A stretch of DNA of 64,000 nucleotides from a virus (taxonomy: Duplodnaviria > Caudoviricetes), in IMG/VR virus record IMGVR_UViG_3300031555_004710, positions 96,001 through 160,000 of that record. One strand, 5' to 3'. The translations under genes were made by a program, and so were the position numbers. This document shows positions 38,204 to 49,212 of this stretch, one piece after another. The notes under the pieces were generated by a model. That model did not search any database. It was not told the DNA's origin and saw nothing but the letters and a program-made list of their open reading frames with translations. How positions within the stretch are numbered: position 1 is the first letter of the stretch; every line of letters begins with the position of its first letter.

Positions 38204-39142
38204 ATGAAAGCTGAATATAACTCTTTATTATATGCGTATGAATCGCACAATTCAGATATTTTAAGTATAATTGCAGACGAGCTTGATATGGCATTAGAAG
38301 CTGAGGGTGAAACTTCTACATCGGGTGATTCAACTAAAGTAGTACGTGATACTATTAGATCTGATGAATCTAAAGCTGCTTCTAAAACTCTATTAATCAA
38401 TAAAATTATTACTAAGGTAAAAGAGCTAATAAAGAAGATTTTTGAAATATTTGATTCACTTAAAAGAAAACTATCAAATCGCTTAAGATTATTAGCTGAA
38501 ACCGATAAAGGATTTTTTAATCTTTATTATAGAAGAAAAAGTATGATAAAGCCTTATGATCGTGTGAAAGTTATTACTTATCAATATAATGATAATTTTC
38601 TTGATATGAGAATTGAAAAGATTATGAGTGAAACAATAACATGCTTAGATAAACTTCGCGCAGTTAACGGAACTACAAATGGTAATTCTAGAATATCTGA
38701 AATAATAAATGCTCCACAAGGCAAAACTATAGAAGTATTATTATCGCCTTACATTGATAGTGGAGATGCTCCAATAAATACAATTCCTAATTTTGTTAAA
38801 TACATAGTATCAAAATATCGTGGCGATAAAAAAGAAATTATATTTAATAATTCACAATTACCACAAATAGAAGCTGGTGCGTTATCTACTAAACAGATTG
38901 CGAATAAATGTAATAGCTATTTAGAAAGTGCACAGAGTTCATATAATAAGATAAAAACTTTAGAGCAACAAATACGAAGAACGTCTGAAAGTGATGAAGA
39001 AATAAAATTAGTAATGTCCAATGCATCAAAGGCAGCTACTATATATAATGCATATTCAGCACTTCTTCAAGCTTATTATGAACTCAAAATAGAGCAAAGT
39101 TTAAACTATAGAGTTATCTTAAAGAAATTCTATCAATTTTAA
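38204..39142 (+). CDS. Probable internal head protein (ALE processing site)
   Basis: AYES/MALEA then a helical KIITKVKELIKKIFE segment; GACA-N6-TA at 38149. Confidence 0.55.
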   Translation: MKAEYNSLLYAYESHNSDILSIIADELDMALEAEGETSTSGDSTKVVRDTIRSDESKAASKTLLINKIITKVKELIKKIFEIFDSLKRKLSNRLRLLAETDKGFFNLYYRRKSMIKPYDRVKVITYQYNDNFLDMRIEKIMSETITCLDKLRAVNGTTNGNSRISEIINAPQGKTIEVLLSPYIDSGDAPINTIPNFVKYIVSKYRGDKKEIIFNNSQLPQIEAGALSTKQIANKCNSYLESAQSSYNKIKTLEQQIRRTSESDEEIKLVMSNASKAATIYNAYSALLQAYYELKIEQSLNYRVILKKFYQF

Positions 39143-39176
39143 AATATTTTTAATAAACAGGAGATGACTAATATAC

Positions 39177-40217
39177 ATGCGAACATCTAATTATTTATTT
39201 ACAAAGGGGTCTATAGTATTTGTAAAATTTCCACCTAAATCAGATAAAGCTTTTCTGAATGGAAGACCGTTAATAGTTGTAAGTAATCCATCACATATAC
39301 TAAGAACCATTACAGTTTGTACAACTGGCACTCAAAATAAACCTGGTATACAAGTATCTTTTTATAACCACGTTGATAAGTGTTATGTTGGTGATACTGA
39401 AATATCTCATATTTATCCATATAGTTTAATGACTATATACACAGATCAAATAATAGCATCTATTGGACAACTTGACCCATTTATAATGAATGAAGTAGAT
39501 AATGCTATTGATTTTCACTTAGGACGTAGTATGAATATCCCTAAATATTTACAAGATTGTGAAGATGACCTAGTTGGTGTATCTTATAATAATATGCAAA
39601 AATGTGATATAAAACATGAGATCGTTTCGAAAGATTTTACTCCTGCCGTAGAATATAAACGTCAATATCGTAAATCAGAAGAATTAGGTAAGAAATCGAA
39701 TTTTGTTCATAAGAAGGAAAATACTCGAAAGAACAGATCTCAGAAAGAAATTAAATCTACATCTATGGAAGCAATTGATATTAATAAATGGAGACATAAT
39801 CTACCAAAGGATGTTGACTATAGTAGAATTTATAAAAATACTAACATGCTTACACAATATATTGATGATGAATCCATTAATATTATCTGTAGTAGATTAA
39901 TACCTTTAACGTTAGTTATGGAAAAGTATAAGATATCAAAAAGAATCGCTACTATTATTCGAATTAATTTAACAAATAATCTTATTAAACGAGGAATTGA
40001 TATTCTAAAAGGTCCTCATAATATTAGTAAGAATACAAAATTATCAGAATCTTATATATTGGGAATTATTTTAGCAAAAGAATTTTCTAACGTTGATTGT
40101 AAAAATAATATTTGTGAAGTTTTTGCTGATAAAATATCTACAGTAATTAAAAAGTATAATATTAATTTTAATGATAAACGTATATGGAAATCTATTGAAA
40201 CTTATTATCTAGAATAA
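39177..40217 (+). CDS. MazF/PemK-like endoribonuclease domain fused to a long C-terminal region
   Basis: KGSIVFVKF..GRPLIVVSN..ITVCTTGT..IGQLD..MNEVDNAIDFHLG. Confidence 0.7.
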   Translation: MRTSNYLFTKGSIVFVKFPPKSDKAFLNGRPLIVVSNPSHILRTITVCTTGTQNKPGIQVSFYNHVDKCYVGDTEISHIYPYSLMTIYTDQIIASIGQLDPFIMNEVDNAIDFHLGRSMNIPKYLQDCEDDLVGVSYNNMQKCDIKHEIVSKDFTPAVEYKRQYRKSEELGKKSNFVHKKENTRKNRSQKEIKSTSMEAIDINKWRHNLPKDVDYSRIYKNTNMLTQYIDDESINIICSRLIPLTLVMEKYKISKRIATIIRINLTNNLIKRGIDILKGPHNISKNTKLSESYILGIILAKEFSNVDCKNNICEVFADKISTVIKKYNINFNDKRIWKSIETYYLE

Positions 40218-40249
40218 AAATAAGGAACGCTTAAGCGTTCCTTATTTTT
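40216..40249. terminator. Perfect 34-bp palindrome, bidirectional terminator
   Basis: aaaaataaggaacgctt|aagcgttccttattttt. Confidence 0.8.
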
Positions 40250-40659
40250 TACATAAGTGGTTCATCATCGCAATACTGATCACATTCACTCATATCAATA
40301 TTGTGTAAAAAATTATTAGCCTGTGCAGCTGCAAATGTTATACCATCACCATTTCCTCCAGTATTTTCATCTCTATTCTTATCTACTACTTTTCCAAGAA
40401 CTATTGATAAGCATGTTGATAATGGAGTAAATGTTACCGTCCAACATAATAATTGTCCAGTATAATTATATTCAATACTTAGTAAAGCAAGATATAATCC
40501 ACCAGCCAAGCCAAATGTCAATAACAGAATTAGATATATTGCTAATCTATTTGTAAATCCTATGTTTTTTACATGATTACGAAATCCTTTTTTATTCTTC
40601 TTCTTTTCTTTATTATTGCAATTTGAAGAATCTGGAATCATTTCAATACCTTTTTTCAT
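40249..40659 (-). CDS. 2-TM membrane protein (holin/antiholin-like)
   Basis: Basic N terminus, two TM helices, downstream of the LL-H holin. Confidence 0.55.
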   Translation of the reverse strand: MKKGIEMIPDSSNCNNKEKKKNKKGFRNHVKNIGFTNRLAIYLILLLTFGLAGGLYLALLSIEYNYTGQLLCWTVTFTPLSTCLSIVLGKVVDKNRDENTGGNGDGITFAAAQANNFLHNIDMSECDQYCDDEPLM

Positions 40660-40666
40660 AGTAGTT

Positions 40667-40966
40667 TTACTCTCCTTTCTTTTTTAAAGCATATACAGCA
40701 GCTTCAATCATTGCATCAATTTTATCAGCATCATATTTTATATTACGGGCTTCTAGCCAGTCTATAACATATTTTTTCTTTTCTTTACCTCTACCATTAC
40801 CAATATATATTTGCTCAGCTGCATCAACAGCTATTTTTACCCATGCATTAATTTCTTCTAACTGCTCCTTAGTTGTCTTACTCTTAATATATGGAATAAC
40901 GAATGTTGTTATTACAAGAGAGATTAATGTTAGGATAATTTTAACAATTTCAGTGATATCGTACAT
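40667..40966 (-). CDS. Phage holin, LL-H family
   Basis: ITTFVIPYIK..WVKIAVDAAEQIY..G.GKEKKKYV..IDAMIEAAV. Confidence 0.85.
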   Translation of the reverse strand: MYDITEIVKIILTLISLVITTFVIPYIKSKTTKEQLEEINAWVKIAVDAAEQIYIGNGRGKEKKKYVIDWLEARNIKYDADKIDAMIEAAVYALKKKGE

Positions 40967-41074
40967 AATAAATACCTCCTTTATTTATTTTTTATATTAT
41001 TACTAAATTTGTTAAAAAATATTACACTCAATAAAAGAAAAGTATAGGAATATTCCTATACTTTTCTATATCTT

Positions 41075-42673
41075 TTAACCTTTTAAAGGTACTGCATATC
41101 CAGAATCCGTAAAATACATTTTTACAGGTTTATTTCCAAGATTACAGTAATTTGCACAGTCACGAATAACTTCTGCTACTGTAGCACCAAATTCTTCAAG
41201 AGCATGAATAGAAATCATATATACTGCAACCGGACTACCACTTGCATCTACACCTTTCAATTCAATATCAACTTTAGAATTTTCACTGCATTTTAAATCA
41301 CTTCTTACACTAACTTTAATTTCTTGAACCATTGGCTTTTTAGCAAGTATTTGAATACCATGCTCAAGATTAGCCAAATTTTCTTCCTTTAAACGTGTTA
41401 TAAAGTGACCAGTCACAGTTTTATTTTCTTCTTTATTAGAAGAGTTTATAGAATCTAATCCACTATCAATCTTGGTAAGAATACGAGATTTACATTCGGT
41501 GTCAGATTCTGCAACTATCATGCTATCAATAATACCTTTAACTTTTTCAAGACTTTCCTTTGCCTGTTCAAGTTCTAAAGTATTATATGCACCCATTGCA
41601 ACGGATTTCTTTGTATCATTAACCACTGCATTAACTTTATCTTCTACATTTGCAAGCGTTACATTGGTTAACTTTTTAACGGATGTATTATCGTCAACGA
41701 AGTTTTTAACATCTGCGATACTAGGTTTAGCAATATGCATTGTCTTAAGAGTTTCTAAAAGTGTCATAATGCAAATTGTGCATATAAATGCAGTCTTAGC
41801 AATTTTCTTTTTCTTTATTTCAGATTCCTCTTCAGAACACTCACTTACACTCTCAGTAACAATCATCATATTTTCAAGATCTTCCATAAGTGTTTTATTT
41901 GAAAGATCAAAATATGGGAATGTTGATTCAAGAGTAATTTTTTCAAGTGTTGAATATGGAATTTCTCCATCATATTCTTCTCTTGAATGAAGAATTCCTT
42001 CCATACAAACGTCTTGCATTTTTGAAAATACAGATATGTGCTCACGAGCATCGGTAGGCTCAAGTACTAAACTGAAGTAAGATTCAATTGCTTCATCATT
42101 TGTAAGTTCAGCTTTTAAATCTTCTCTTTCTTGTCTAATAACGTCCTTAACTTCTTCACGAAGTTTTGCACTTGTTTCATATGCTGTTTTTTCATCTTTG
42201 ATTACATTAATCATTTTTTCTTTAACAAGTTTAGCAACCTCGTCAGTACCAGACTTTTTACTTGCAGCTACAAGTTTTTCAGTCTCATCGCTATTAAGTT
42301 TTGTCTGAGCTACTATTTCGGGTGTTGGATTATCACTTACTAAAGATTCCTGCACAATTCTTTTAGTAGCTGTAGTTACTACATCATCGATTGCAGATTT
42401 TAAGTTAGATACATATAAATTAGCTTTTTGATTACCTAATGTAGATTCTAATGCACGGTCTAAAAGAGTTTCAGGGTGCATTTTATCAATAACATTTACT
42501 GCATATCTACTAAGGTTTGCAGCTTCATTAGCTAATTCATCTTTATCAAAAGGAAGTGCATTGATAAATGCTTCGGTGATAATACCTGTAGTACATTTAC
42601 CAGTGAGCTTATTTCTTACCTGATCGGCAAGCAACGAAGTGTTGCGTTTCATTGGTTTATCATTCCTTTCCAA
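41075..42673 (-). CDS. Probable virion structural protein
   Basis: ALES/TLES motifs; late promoter at 42699-42710. Confidence 0.55.
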   Translation of the reverse strand: MERNDKPMKRNTSLLADQVRNKLTGKCTTGIITEAFINALPFDKDELANEAANLSRYAVNVIDKMHPETLLDRALESTLGNQKANLYVSNLKSAIDDVVTTATKRIVQESLVSDNPTPEIVAQTKLNSDETEKLVAASKKSGTDEVAKLVKEKMINVIKDEKTAYETSAKLREEVKDVIRQEREDLKAELTNDEAIESYFSLVLEPTDAREHISVFSKMQDVCMEGILHSREEYDGEIPYSTLEKITLESTFPYFDLSNKTLMEDLENMMIVTESVSECSEEESEIKKKKIAKTAFICTICIMTLLETLKTMHIAKPSIADVKNFVDDNTSVKKLTNVTLANVEDKVNAVVNDTKKSVAMGAYNTLELEQAKESLEKVKGIIDSMIVAESDTECKSRILTKIDSGLDSINSSNKEENKTVTGHFITRLKEENLANLEHGIQILAKKPMVQEIKVSVRSDLKCSENSKVDIELKGVDASGSPVAVYMISIHALEEFGATVAEVIRDCANYCNLGNKPVKMYFTDSGYAVPLKG

Positions 42674-42716
42674 TTTTAAGATTGTTCTAATACATATTTA
42701 AGTCTCTGTTTTTAGC

Positions 42717-45716
42717 TTAACTTAAGATATCTATGTCTATATTTGGATAAGATTCTCCATTTAAATCAGTAAGAATATCTAAGTTTAGAAATTCTGGAAT
42801 AAAGTTTTCTTGATAATCTGTAAGATCTGGACCAATAACTTTTTGAGCTTCGTAAGTATATTTATTGAATCCGTAATATTCAATATATGCGATTTCACTA
42901 AAATTAGAACGCATTTCTGATATTAAATTCATAATATACAGATCTTGGCCAGCAGTTGTAATCTTATCGTCTGATTCAATATAATCTTGAATAAACTTTC
43001 TGCATTTTTTAATAAACTGATCATTCGATGCAATTGTATTAAGTTTAACTCCAAAATGGAATTTACATTTAACACTATCAAGTTTACCCATTCCATTTTT
43101 ATCATAACTATTACCAACAGTAAAGAATCTAGCTTTACCATAAGTATTATAGAATTTACTATCTATACTAAAGTTATTTTCTAAAGTATAATATGCACTA
43201 TTAAGTTGATCGTTAATAGAAATATATTTAGAAATAAAGTAGTCTATATTGTCTTTATTGATAGCCCATAGAGCACCAATTAACGGTGATTCTTTAATTA
43301 TTATTTTATAGTCACCTTCTTTTTCTGGTGGTTTAAAATCAACAACGCTTCGTATAAATGGAAGGGTTCCAACAAAGTTAATATTTTCATTCTCATTACT
43401 TATATATGTATTTGTAAGAGTAAACTCATTTAGTCCTACAAATCCTCTATCACGATATTTATTTGAGCTCTGGTTGTCTCCAATGTTTTTATATAATACA
43501 TTCATTTCAAGAGTATTATTTCTCATCTTAACAGCAACATTACTGTCTTCAATACCAGATTTATCATATATTCCATGAGTAATAACTATCTGCTCAGAAA
43601 GACTAATATCGTCATCTGTTGCAAGATATGCTTCCATTACATAACCTTTAACAGATTCATTATAGCTCTGTATTGTAAAAGGTATATATTTTCCATTATT
43701 AAATAAATTATTTTCTGGTAAATCTCCACACATTACAAGATTTCCTTTATCTCCAACTCGTTTTGTTGCTAATATATCACCAGAAATAAATTCATCTCCT
43801 ACATTAAATAACATTTCGTATCCAGTAATCGATTCTTTATTAATCGATATCGTATTTGATGCTTGTATCCATTGTATTCTCTCTTTTTCATTTTCAGTAT
43901 AATATTCTATAGTATACCTAATATAACCAGCTTGTATTTCATTGTCAAAATAATATTCTTCATTTATGACTCTGCCATTATGCGCTGCTATAATCTGATT
44001 ATCATCAGATGAAGTATCACTGAATGTAATTATTGATGTTGGATCGATATCGGTCGCTGGAGTTAAAAGAATTCTAAATCGATAATAATTTGAACCAATA
44101 ATCGAATTTCTATATACTGACAATGTACCAGCAATGAATTGCTGTACTGAGTTATCATTTACATATATATATTCTATAGGAAGATACATATTATTTGATG
44201 CCATATAATATCCTACACTATTAGGATCAATATTTACACCGATTAAAAATGGGTTTGTAAAGTATAATTTATCTTTAGAATCCTCATTTTGGATATCTAA
44301 AAATGTCTTAGGTTTCCCATTCTCATCTTTAGCTAATACTAAAGTATAATCATTATCGTTTTTATATTCAAAAATTGATCCCGGTTTTATAGAAACTCGT
44401 GATAAAATAGATGTTAAATCTTCTACAAAGTCACTCTTTTTAAATTCAATATCTAGAGTATTAGTAGGAATTATATTTTTTCCCGAATCTTTCATTACTG
44501 AATATGCACCAAATAAACGAATTAATGGATCATCTCGTTTCTTTTTAAATAATACTTTTACATTCGATATATTATCGGCAATATCATCAAAATGCAATTG
44601 TAAATCATGTGATGTTGTGATTGTATTATTAGTAGAATATGCTTTTAATATAGCATTACGAAATTCTTCTGTAAGCATTTGATCAGCACCACCAGTTGCA
44701 CTACCATTTACTTTACCAAGAATTGTCATATTTGTATTATATGGGTACTTTTCAGATTCGGAACTACATACAAGGTCTTCTGCAAAAGAATTAAAATTAC
44801 CAGCTGAACCTTGAGATGTATATACCCTACAAATAATTTCCGAATTATATTTAGGTGTAAAGATAGAGTTATATCTAAAAGTCAGTCTAATTTTATTTGA
44901 ATTTACCAATTCATATTGTACATATTTAGTCATTGGAGTTTTTCCATTTATCATTACTTTTGTCAACTGTTCTTCTTTACCATTTGCATTATCTTTGTAA
45001 AAAACTTCAAAATTTGCAAGGTTTCCATCGAAGTCAATATCCATTGTGATTGTATCTAATACACTATCTTTAATTACGATATTTGTAATCTCCGTCATTT
45101 CTAATTGACGAATTGTATCAATAAATAATACAACATAATTTATACCACTATCCTTAAGTATCTTATTAGAGATATATCGTGTATCATTTGAAGTATTTAA
45201 TGAATTAGATACTTTTGTATCATAATGAATTGTATGCGAATATTTACCCCCATTATCTTTTGAAAGAATTATAATAGGGTAATCCAACATAAATTGAATA
45301 TCGCCAGCAAAAATCTTTAAGCAGTTATCAATAACACATGTCCCTACATCATCTGACCATGTTGAATTTTCAATAATTTCATTTTGAGGAATTATTAATG
45401 CACATTTACATGTTGATGGTTTAGTTAATGGGATATCTATTGATTGAAGAGTTGCCATCGCATATAAGGATGAACTAAACTGTGCAGTGACAGGATAAAA
45501 TTCTCGTCTTGCAACTGCTATAGCATTAAATGAATCTTCTGCAGTATTTGCCATTATTTCATTTACATATCCAAAAATACCAACGTTATAATTATTAACG
45601 TTATTAAAATCAAAATATTTAGTGGCTATATTATTTAACCAATAACTCTTAATATCTGATATATTAGTATAATCAGCATAAACGTTATTAGTTGTAGTTG
45701 CCATAAAAATCACCAA
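42717..45716 (-). CDS. Baseplate wedge subunit (T4 gp6-like)
   Basis: REFYPVTAQFSSSLY, VYTSQGSAGNF, ATGGAD..EEFR..ITTSHDL; late promoter at 45749-45760. Confidence 0.7.
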   Translation of the reverse strand: MVIFMATTTNNVYADYTNISDIKSYWLNNIATKYFDFNNVNNYNVGIFGYVNEIMANTAEDSFNAIAVARREFYPVTAQFSSSLYAMATLQSIDIPLTKPSTCKCALIIPQNEIIENSTWSDDVGTCVIDNCLKIFAGDIQFMLDYPIIILSKDNGGKYSHTIHYDTKVSNSLNTSNDTRYISNKILKDSGINYVVLFIDTIRQLEMTEITNIVIKDSVLDTITMDIDFDGNLANFEVFYKDNANGKEEQLTKVMINGKTPMTKYVQYELVNSNKIRLTFRYNSIFTPKYNSEIICRVYTSQGSAGNFNSFAEDLVCSSESEKYPYNTNMTILGKVNGSATGGADQMLTEEFRNAILKAYSTNNTITTSHDLQLHFDDIADNISNVKVLFKKKRDDPLIRLFGAYSVMKDSGKNIIPTNTLDIEFKKSDFVEDLTSILSRVSIKPGSIFEYKNDNDYTLVLAKDENGKPKTFLDIQNEDSKDKLYFTNPFLIGVNIDPNSVGYYMASNNMYLPIEYIYVNDNSVQQFIAGTLSVYRNSIIGSNYYRFRILLTPATDIDPTSIITFSDTSSDDNQIIAAHNGRVINEEYYFDNEIQAGYIRYTIEYYTENEKERIQWIQASNTISINKESITGYEMLFNVGDEFISGDILATKRVGDKGNLVMCGDLPENNLFNNGKYIPFTIQSYNESVKGYVMEAYLATDDDISLSEQIVITHGIYDKSGIEDSNVAVKMRNNTLEMNVLYKNIGDNQSSNKYRDRGFVGLNEFTLTNTYISNENENINFVGTLPFIRSVVDFKPPEKEGDYKIIIKESPLIGALWAINKDNIDYFISKYISINDQLNSAYYTLENNFSIDSKFYNTYGKARFFTVGNSYDKNGMGKLDSVKCKFHFGVKLNTIASNDQFIKKCRKFIQDYIESDDKITTAGQDLYIMNLISEMRSNFSEIAYIEYYGFNKYTYEAQKVIGPDLTDYQENFIPEFLNLDILTDLNGESYPNIDIDILS

Positions 45717-45829
45717 CTTTCATTTCAAAATACTTTGGACTTATGGATTACGAGTTTGTTTTTTGACTTAAAATAAAGGATTTAATATAAAAAATAGATA
45801 GAAGGAGATTTCTCCTTCTATCTATAAAA

Positions 45830-46831
45830 TTATATTTCTTTATATAATCCACTGAGAATTCTTGGCATTATTTTACTATCTTCATTTACAATAACATCCC
45901 ATGATCTATCATTTAATATATATGCTTTATTAAAAGTCACAAATAAGCAATAGAAGAAATAATCTGCACTCCATAATGCTAAATATGCACCATCTCTTCC
46001 CATATAAGATGAGAAAAGTCTTAAATATTGCTCAGCATTCATATCAATATTTGTGATTGAATGAATATTTGTGATTTCATTGGAAAACATTGTATATGCA
46101 AATGTTGACCAATCTTTATATAAATCAATACCTTTTTGATTTAAATTTGACTCAATCATTAAAATGTATTTTGATTTAGTATTCTTAATAAACTCTCCGG
46201 ATATTCTATCAATAATTGCTGGAGGGGTTTCTAAATAATACTTCATGAAGAATCTCATTGCAAAATACATGAACGCTTCGTAACGTTCTTGATTATTAAC
46301 AAAAATTCTTTGAGTTTTTAAAATATGATTAAATAATTTTGCCCATAAAAAAGACATCCATTTAGTAGTTTCAGTTGATATAACTGTTTCATCATTAAGT
46401 ACATTAAGTGCAATATATGCAGGAATTAAAAGATTATATAATTTAGGAATATCACATTTCGCTTCTAAGATATTACCGTTTTCCGATCTTTTAATTGTAG
46501 AGTACTTACTAATATCAACAATTACACAATTTTTACCATTTCTTTTTGTTTTAATATATGGAATATTTGCAGGAAATCTCTTATCTATAGGCATTGCAAC
46601 TAAAATTATTTCAAATTTTTTAACTGCCTCAACCGCTTTTAGTGTAAGAGTTTCTTTATATGCTTTTTGCACGCTATCCAAACTTTCTGTAATCTTCGAA
46701 TTTAAAACACATGTGTCATTAATTGATTTTACAGCTGTTGTAAGTTGTCCATATATTGCATTTCCAGAATTCATTTTAATAAACATATCTGAATTTGAAT
46801 AAAGACGCATTATAATTAACCTCGCTTTCAT
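45830..46831 (-). CDS. Conserved hypothetical late protein
   Basis: 333-aa ORF; late promoter at 46855-46866; terminator at 45795-45824. Confidence 0.75.
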   Translation of the reverse strand: MKARLIIMRLYSNSDMFIKMNSGNAIYGQLTTAVKSINDTCVLNSKITESLDSVQKAYKETLTLKAVEAVKKFEIILVAMPIDKRFPANIPYIKTKRNGKNCVIVDISKYSTIKRSENGNILEAKCDIPKLYNLLIPAYIALNVLNDETVISTETTKWMSFLWAKLFNHILKTQRIFVNNQERYEAFMYFAMRFFMKYYLETPPAIIDRISGEFIKNTKSKYILMIESNLNQKGIDLYKDWSTFAYTMFSNEITNIHSITNIDMNAEQYLRLFSSYMGRDGAYLALWSADYFFYCLFVTFNKAYILNDRSWDVIVNEDSKIMPRILSGLYKEI

Positions 46832-46902
46832 ATTTAATATGTATTCGTAAACTTTAAAGAATTGTTAAAATCGAACAAAAAATATTAGTAGGCTAGAAAA
46901 AT

Positions 46903-47568
46903 CTAGCCTACTTTAATTTTAGTCAATAAATCATTATCATATGGAATTAACTCACGTTCAATTACATTTTGATATACAAAATAAATTGAATTAAATATCT
47001 TTCCAAGCTCATCGATATCTTTTTGATTTATAGGATATAATGTTGATATTCTTTCATTTACAAGAATTATTGAACCACCATCTATTTTATAACCATTTTC
47101 AGTCATTAAATTATAATAACCACCAAGTTGTAATAAATGCTTCATATATACTCTTTTACTAGATTTAAAGTCGTTGAGCATATTAAATCCACTCATTTCT
47201 GCAAACCAGTCTATAGTTCCACCATACCCAAGTTTAGAAGATACAAATGTTTTCTCAGTGAAAATTGTATTATACGAATAATCTTTTATCATATTTGAGA
47301 ATTTATCTGCAATTTTTGTATATTTCTCTTCTTCTAATTTATCTTTAAATACAATGGGTTCGTTTGCTAGTGATGGGTCAACGATATGTTGTACTATTGT
47401 ATGAATTAAAGTTCCTGAATCGGCTAATCGATTTAATTCTGTATCATAATCGATGTGCCTAAATCCTAGCATATTTGCCCATTTGATAATTTCTTTATTT
47501 CCTAATACTTGCAATATCGTAGTTACTGATGGAACCTGTTTCCCATCAGGACATTCGTAAATATGCAT
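46903..47568 (-). CDS. PD-(D/E)xK exonuclease (Cas4/lambda-exo-like)
   Basis: VPSVTTIL, GTLIH, E, YGGTID, DFKSS, QLGGY. Confidence 0.85.
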   Translation of the reverse strand: MHIYECPDGKQVPSVTTILQVLGNKEIIKWANMLGFRHIDYDTELNRLADSGTLIHTIVQHIVDPSLANEPIVFKDKLEEEKYTKIADKFSNMIKDYSYNTIFTEKTFVSSKLGYGGTIDWFAEMSGFNMLNDFKSSKRVYMKHLLQLGGYYNLMTENGYKIDGGSIILVNERISTLYPINQKDIDELGKIFNSIYFVYQNVIERELIPYDNDLLTKIKVG

Positions 47569-47625
47569 TTTTAATCACCTCTCAATTAATTAATATATTA
47601 TTTATGTGAGAGTTATAAAATATTC

Positions 47626-49212
47626 TTGGTAAGACCTATATTTAATATATTAAAAAACGAAAGGAAGATACTAATGAACGATAACTTTTGGGATGGGTTA
47701 TTCCCATCAACTGAAGATGATAATGAAAATGATAATTATGGAAACTTCCCATTTAATATTCCTGGACTCTTTATTTTAGGAAAAGGGTCACCTAATTCAA
47801 ACCATCAAAAAATATCATCAATTTTTAAAAATATAAATTTATTATGTACTTTATTTAATGAGGAATATGGAATATTCCTCATTGATAAAATTGATAAAGA
47901 TGATAACTCTAAGTATCTTTTAGAATGTACTAAAATGCCTAATTCTCGCAAAGAATCAAAATATGATTTATTTTCTGTATATGAATATTTAGAGTCTAGT
48001 CATTTTATTAATTTTCTAATAGCAAAAACTTTTAATAAATCAGTATGGGCATATGAAGGTATAAATACAAAAATAGAAATAGTGAATAATGATGATGAAA
48101 AATATTCTAAAATTATGATATTTGTAGAAACATCTTCTATTCCGAATTATATATATGAAGATATTCTTTTAGACAGTTTAAAAGAAAATAATACGTATAT
48201 AGATTCGACAATACCAAATTCACCTTTGATGATTAAAGTTATAAAAAGTAAATCGTACTATAGACCGATAATAGTATATGATGTAACATTCGGATTTAAT
48301 AAAAAATCAAAGGTTAATTTCAATAATATAGATTCAATGAACTTCTATGACTGTTTTATATATTCAAAATATATAAATGATGCAATATTGAGTTTTTATA
48401 TTGGGATTCCAATAAAAATATTTAATGAATATAAAGAAAAGTTACTGAGGGTACAGTATATTGTAGAATATTCTGAACGTATAATGAAAGTTAAAATTAT
48501 ATGCACTCCTACACTATATTATAGTGGGTCAAATGTAATTAGTAAATACTTATTTATAAATGATGAATTGCATATGTTTGGTTGTCAACGACTAGATGAT
48601 AGTACCGAAAATATTGATACTAAAGAAGTATCATTTATAAATAATATTTCATCATCAGACGTTAGTCAATTGATTGTATTATCGACATTTAGAAAAGGTA
48701 TAGTTAATGAATTCTGTGAAGAGTACTCATCATTAATATGTGATTCTTTAATATTTACTCTTAATCGAGAAATCATTAGATTTAACAAAATGAAAGAATA
48801 TAGTAATCCACCGAAAATATTTACAAATCTATTGAGTAATAAGAGTGCGTTTAATTATGTTGATAACTACTGGGTACCAGCACAACCGATTTTAATAAAT
48901 GTCTCAAGTTCTGAAAATACTTCAAATATCACAAAGATGAGAATTTATGGATTTATTAATTTTAATAGAGATGAGCTTTCACCAGATGATAAATTTGAAG
49001 ACGTTTATAACGATTTACAATATGAATTGAGAAATATACTTGGTATTACAAAGTCAGATTATAATCATAATGATTTTGGGACAGTGTTGTGTTATGAAAA
49101 TATGAATACTTCACGAATAATGCTATTTAAATTTATAACTGATGAGGAGCCAAAAACTAAAAATGCTCCTAATAAATCTGCAAAATCTAAACTATGGAGG
49201 GGCAAGAATTGA
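47626..49212 (+). CDS. Hypothetical early protein
   Basis: Early motif TATATTATttatgTGA at 47594; likely start MNDN at 47674. Confidence 0.75.
   Translation: MVRPIFNILKNERKILMNDNFWDGLFPSTEDDNENDNYGNFPFNIPGLFILGKGSPNSNHQKISSIFKNINLLCTLFNEEYGIFLIDKIDKDDNSKYLLECTKMPNSRKESKYDLFSVYEYLESSHFINFLIAKTFNKSVWAYEGINTKIEIVNNDDEKYSKIMIFVETSSIPNYIYEDILLDSLKENNTYIDSTIPNSPLMIKVIKSKSYYRPIIVYDVTFGFNKKSKVNFNNIDSMNFYDCFIYSKYINDAILSFYIGIPIKIFNEYKEKLLRVQYIVEYSERIMKVKIICTPTLYYSGSNVISKYLFINDELHMFGCQRLDDSTENIDTKEVSFINNISSSDVSQLIVLSTFRKGIVNEFCEEYSSLICDSLIFTLNREIIRFNKMKEYSNPPKIFTNLLSNKSAFNYVDNYWVPAQPILINVSSSENTSNITKMRIYGFINFNRDELSPDDKFEDVYNDLQYELRNILGITKSDYNHNDFGTVLCYENMNTSRIMLFKFITDEEPKTKNAPNKSAKSKLWRGKN

Noticed and set aside
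46903-47568. Cas4 / CRISPR system
   Set aside because: No Fe-S cysteines, no cas neighbours and no array; an ordinary phage PD-(D/E)xK exonuclease.
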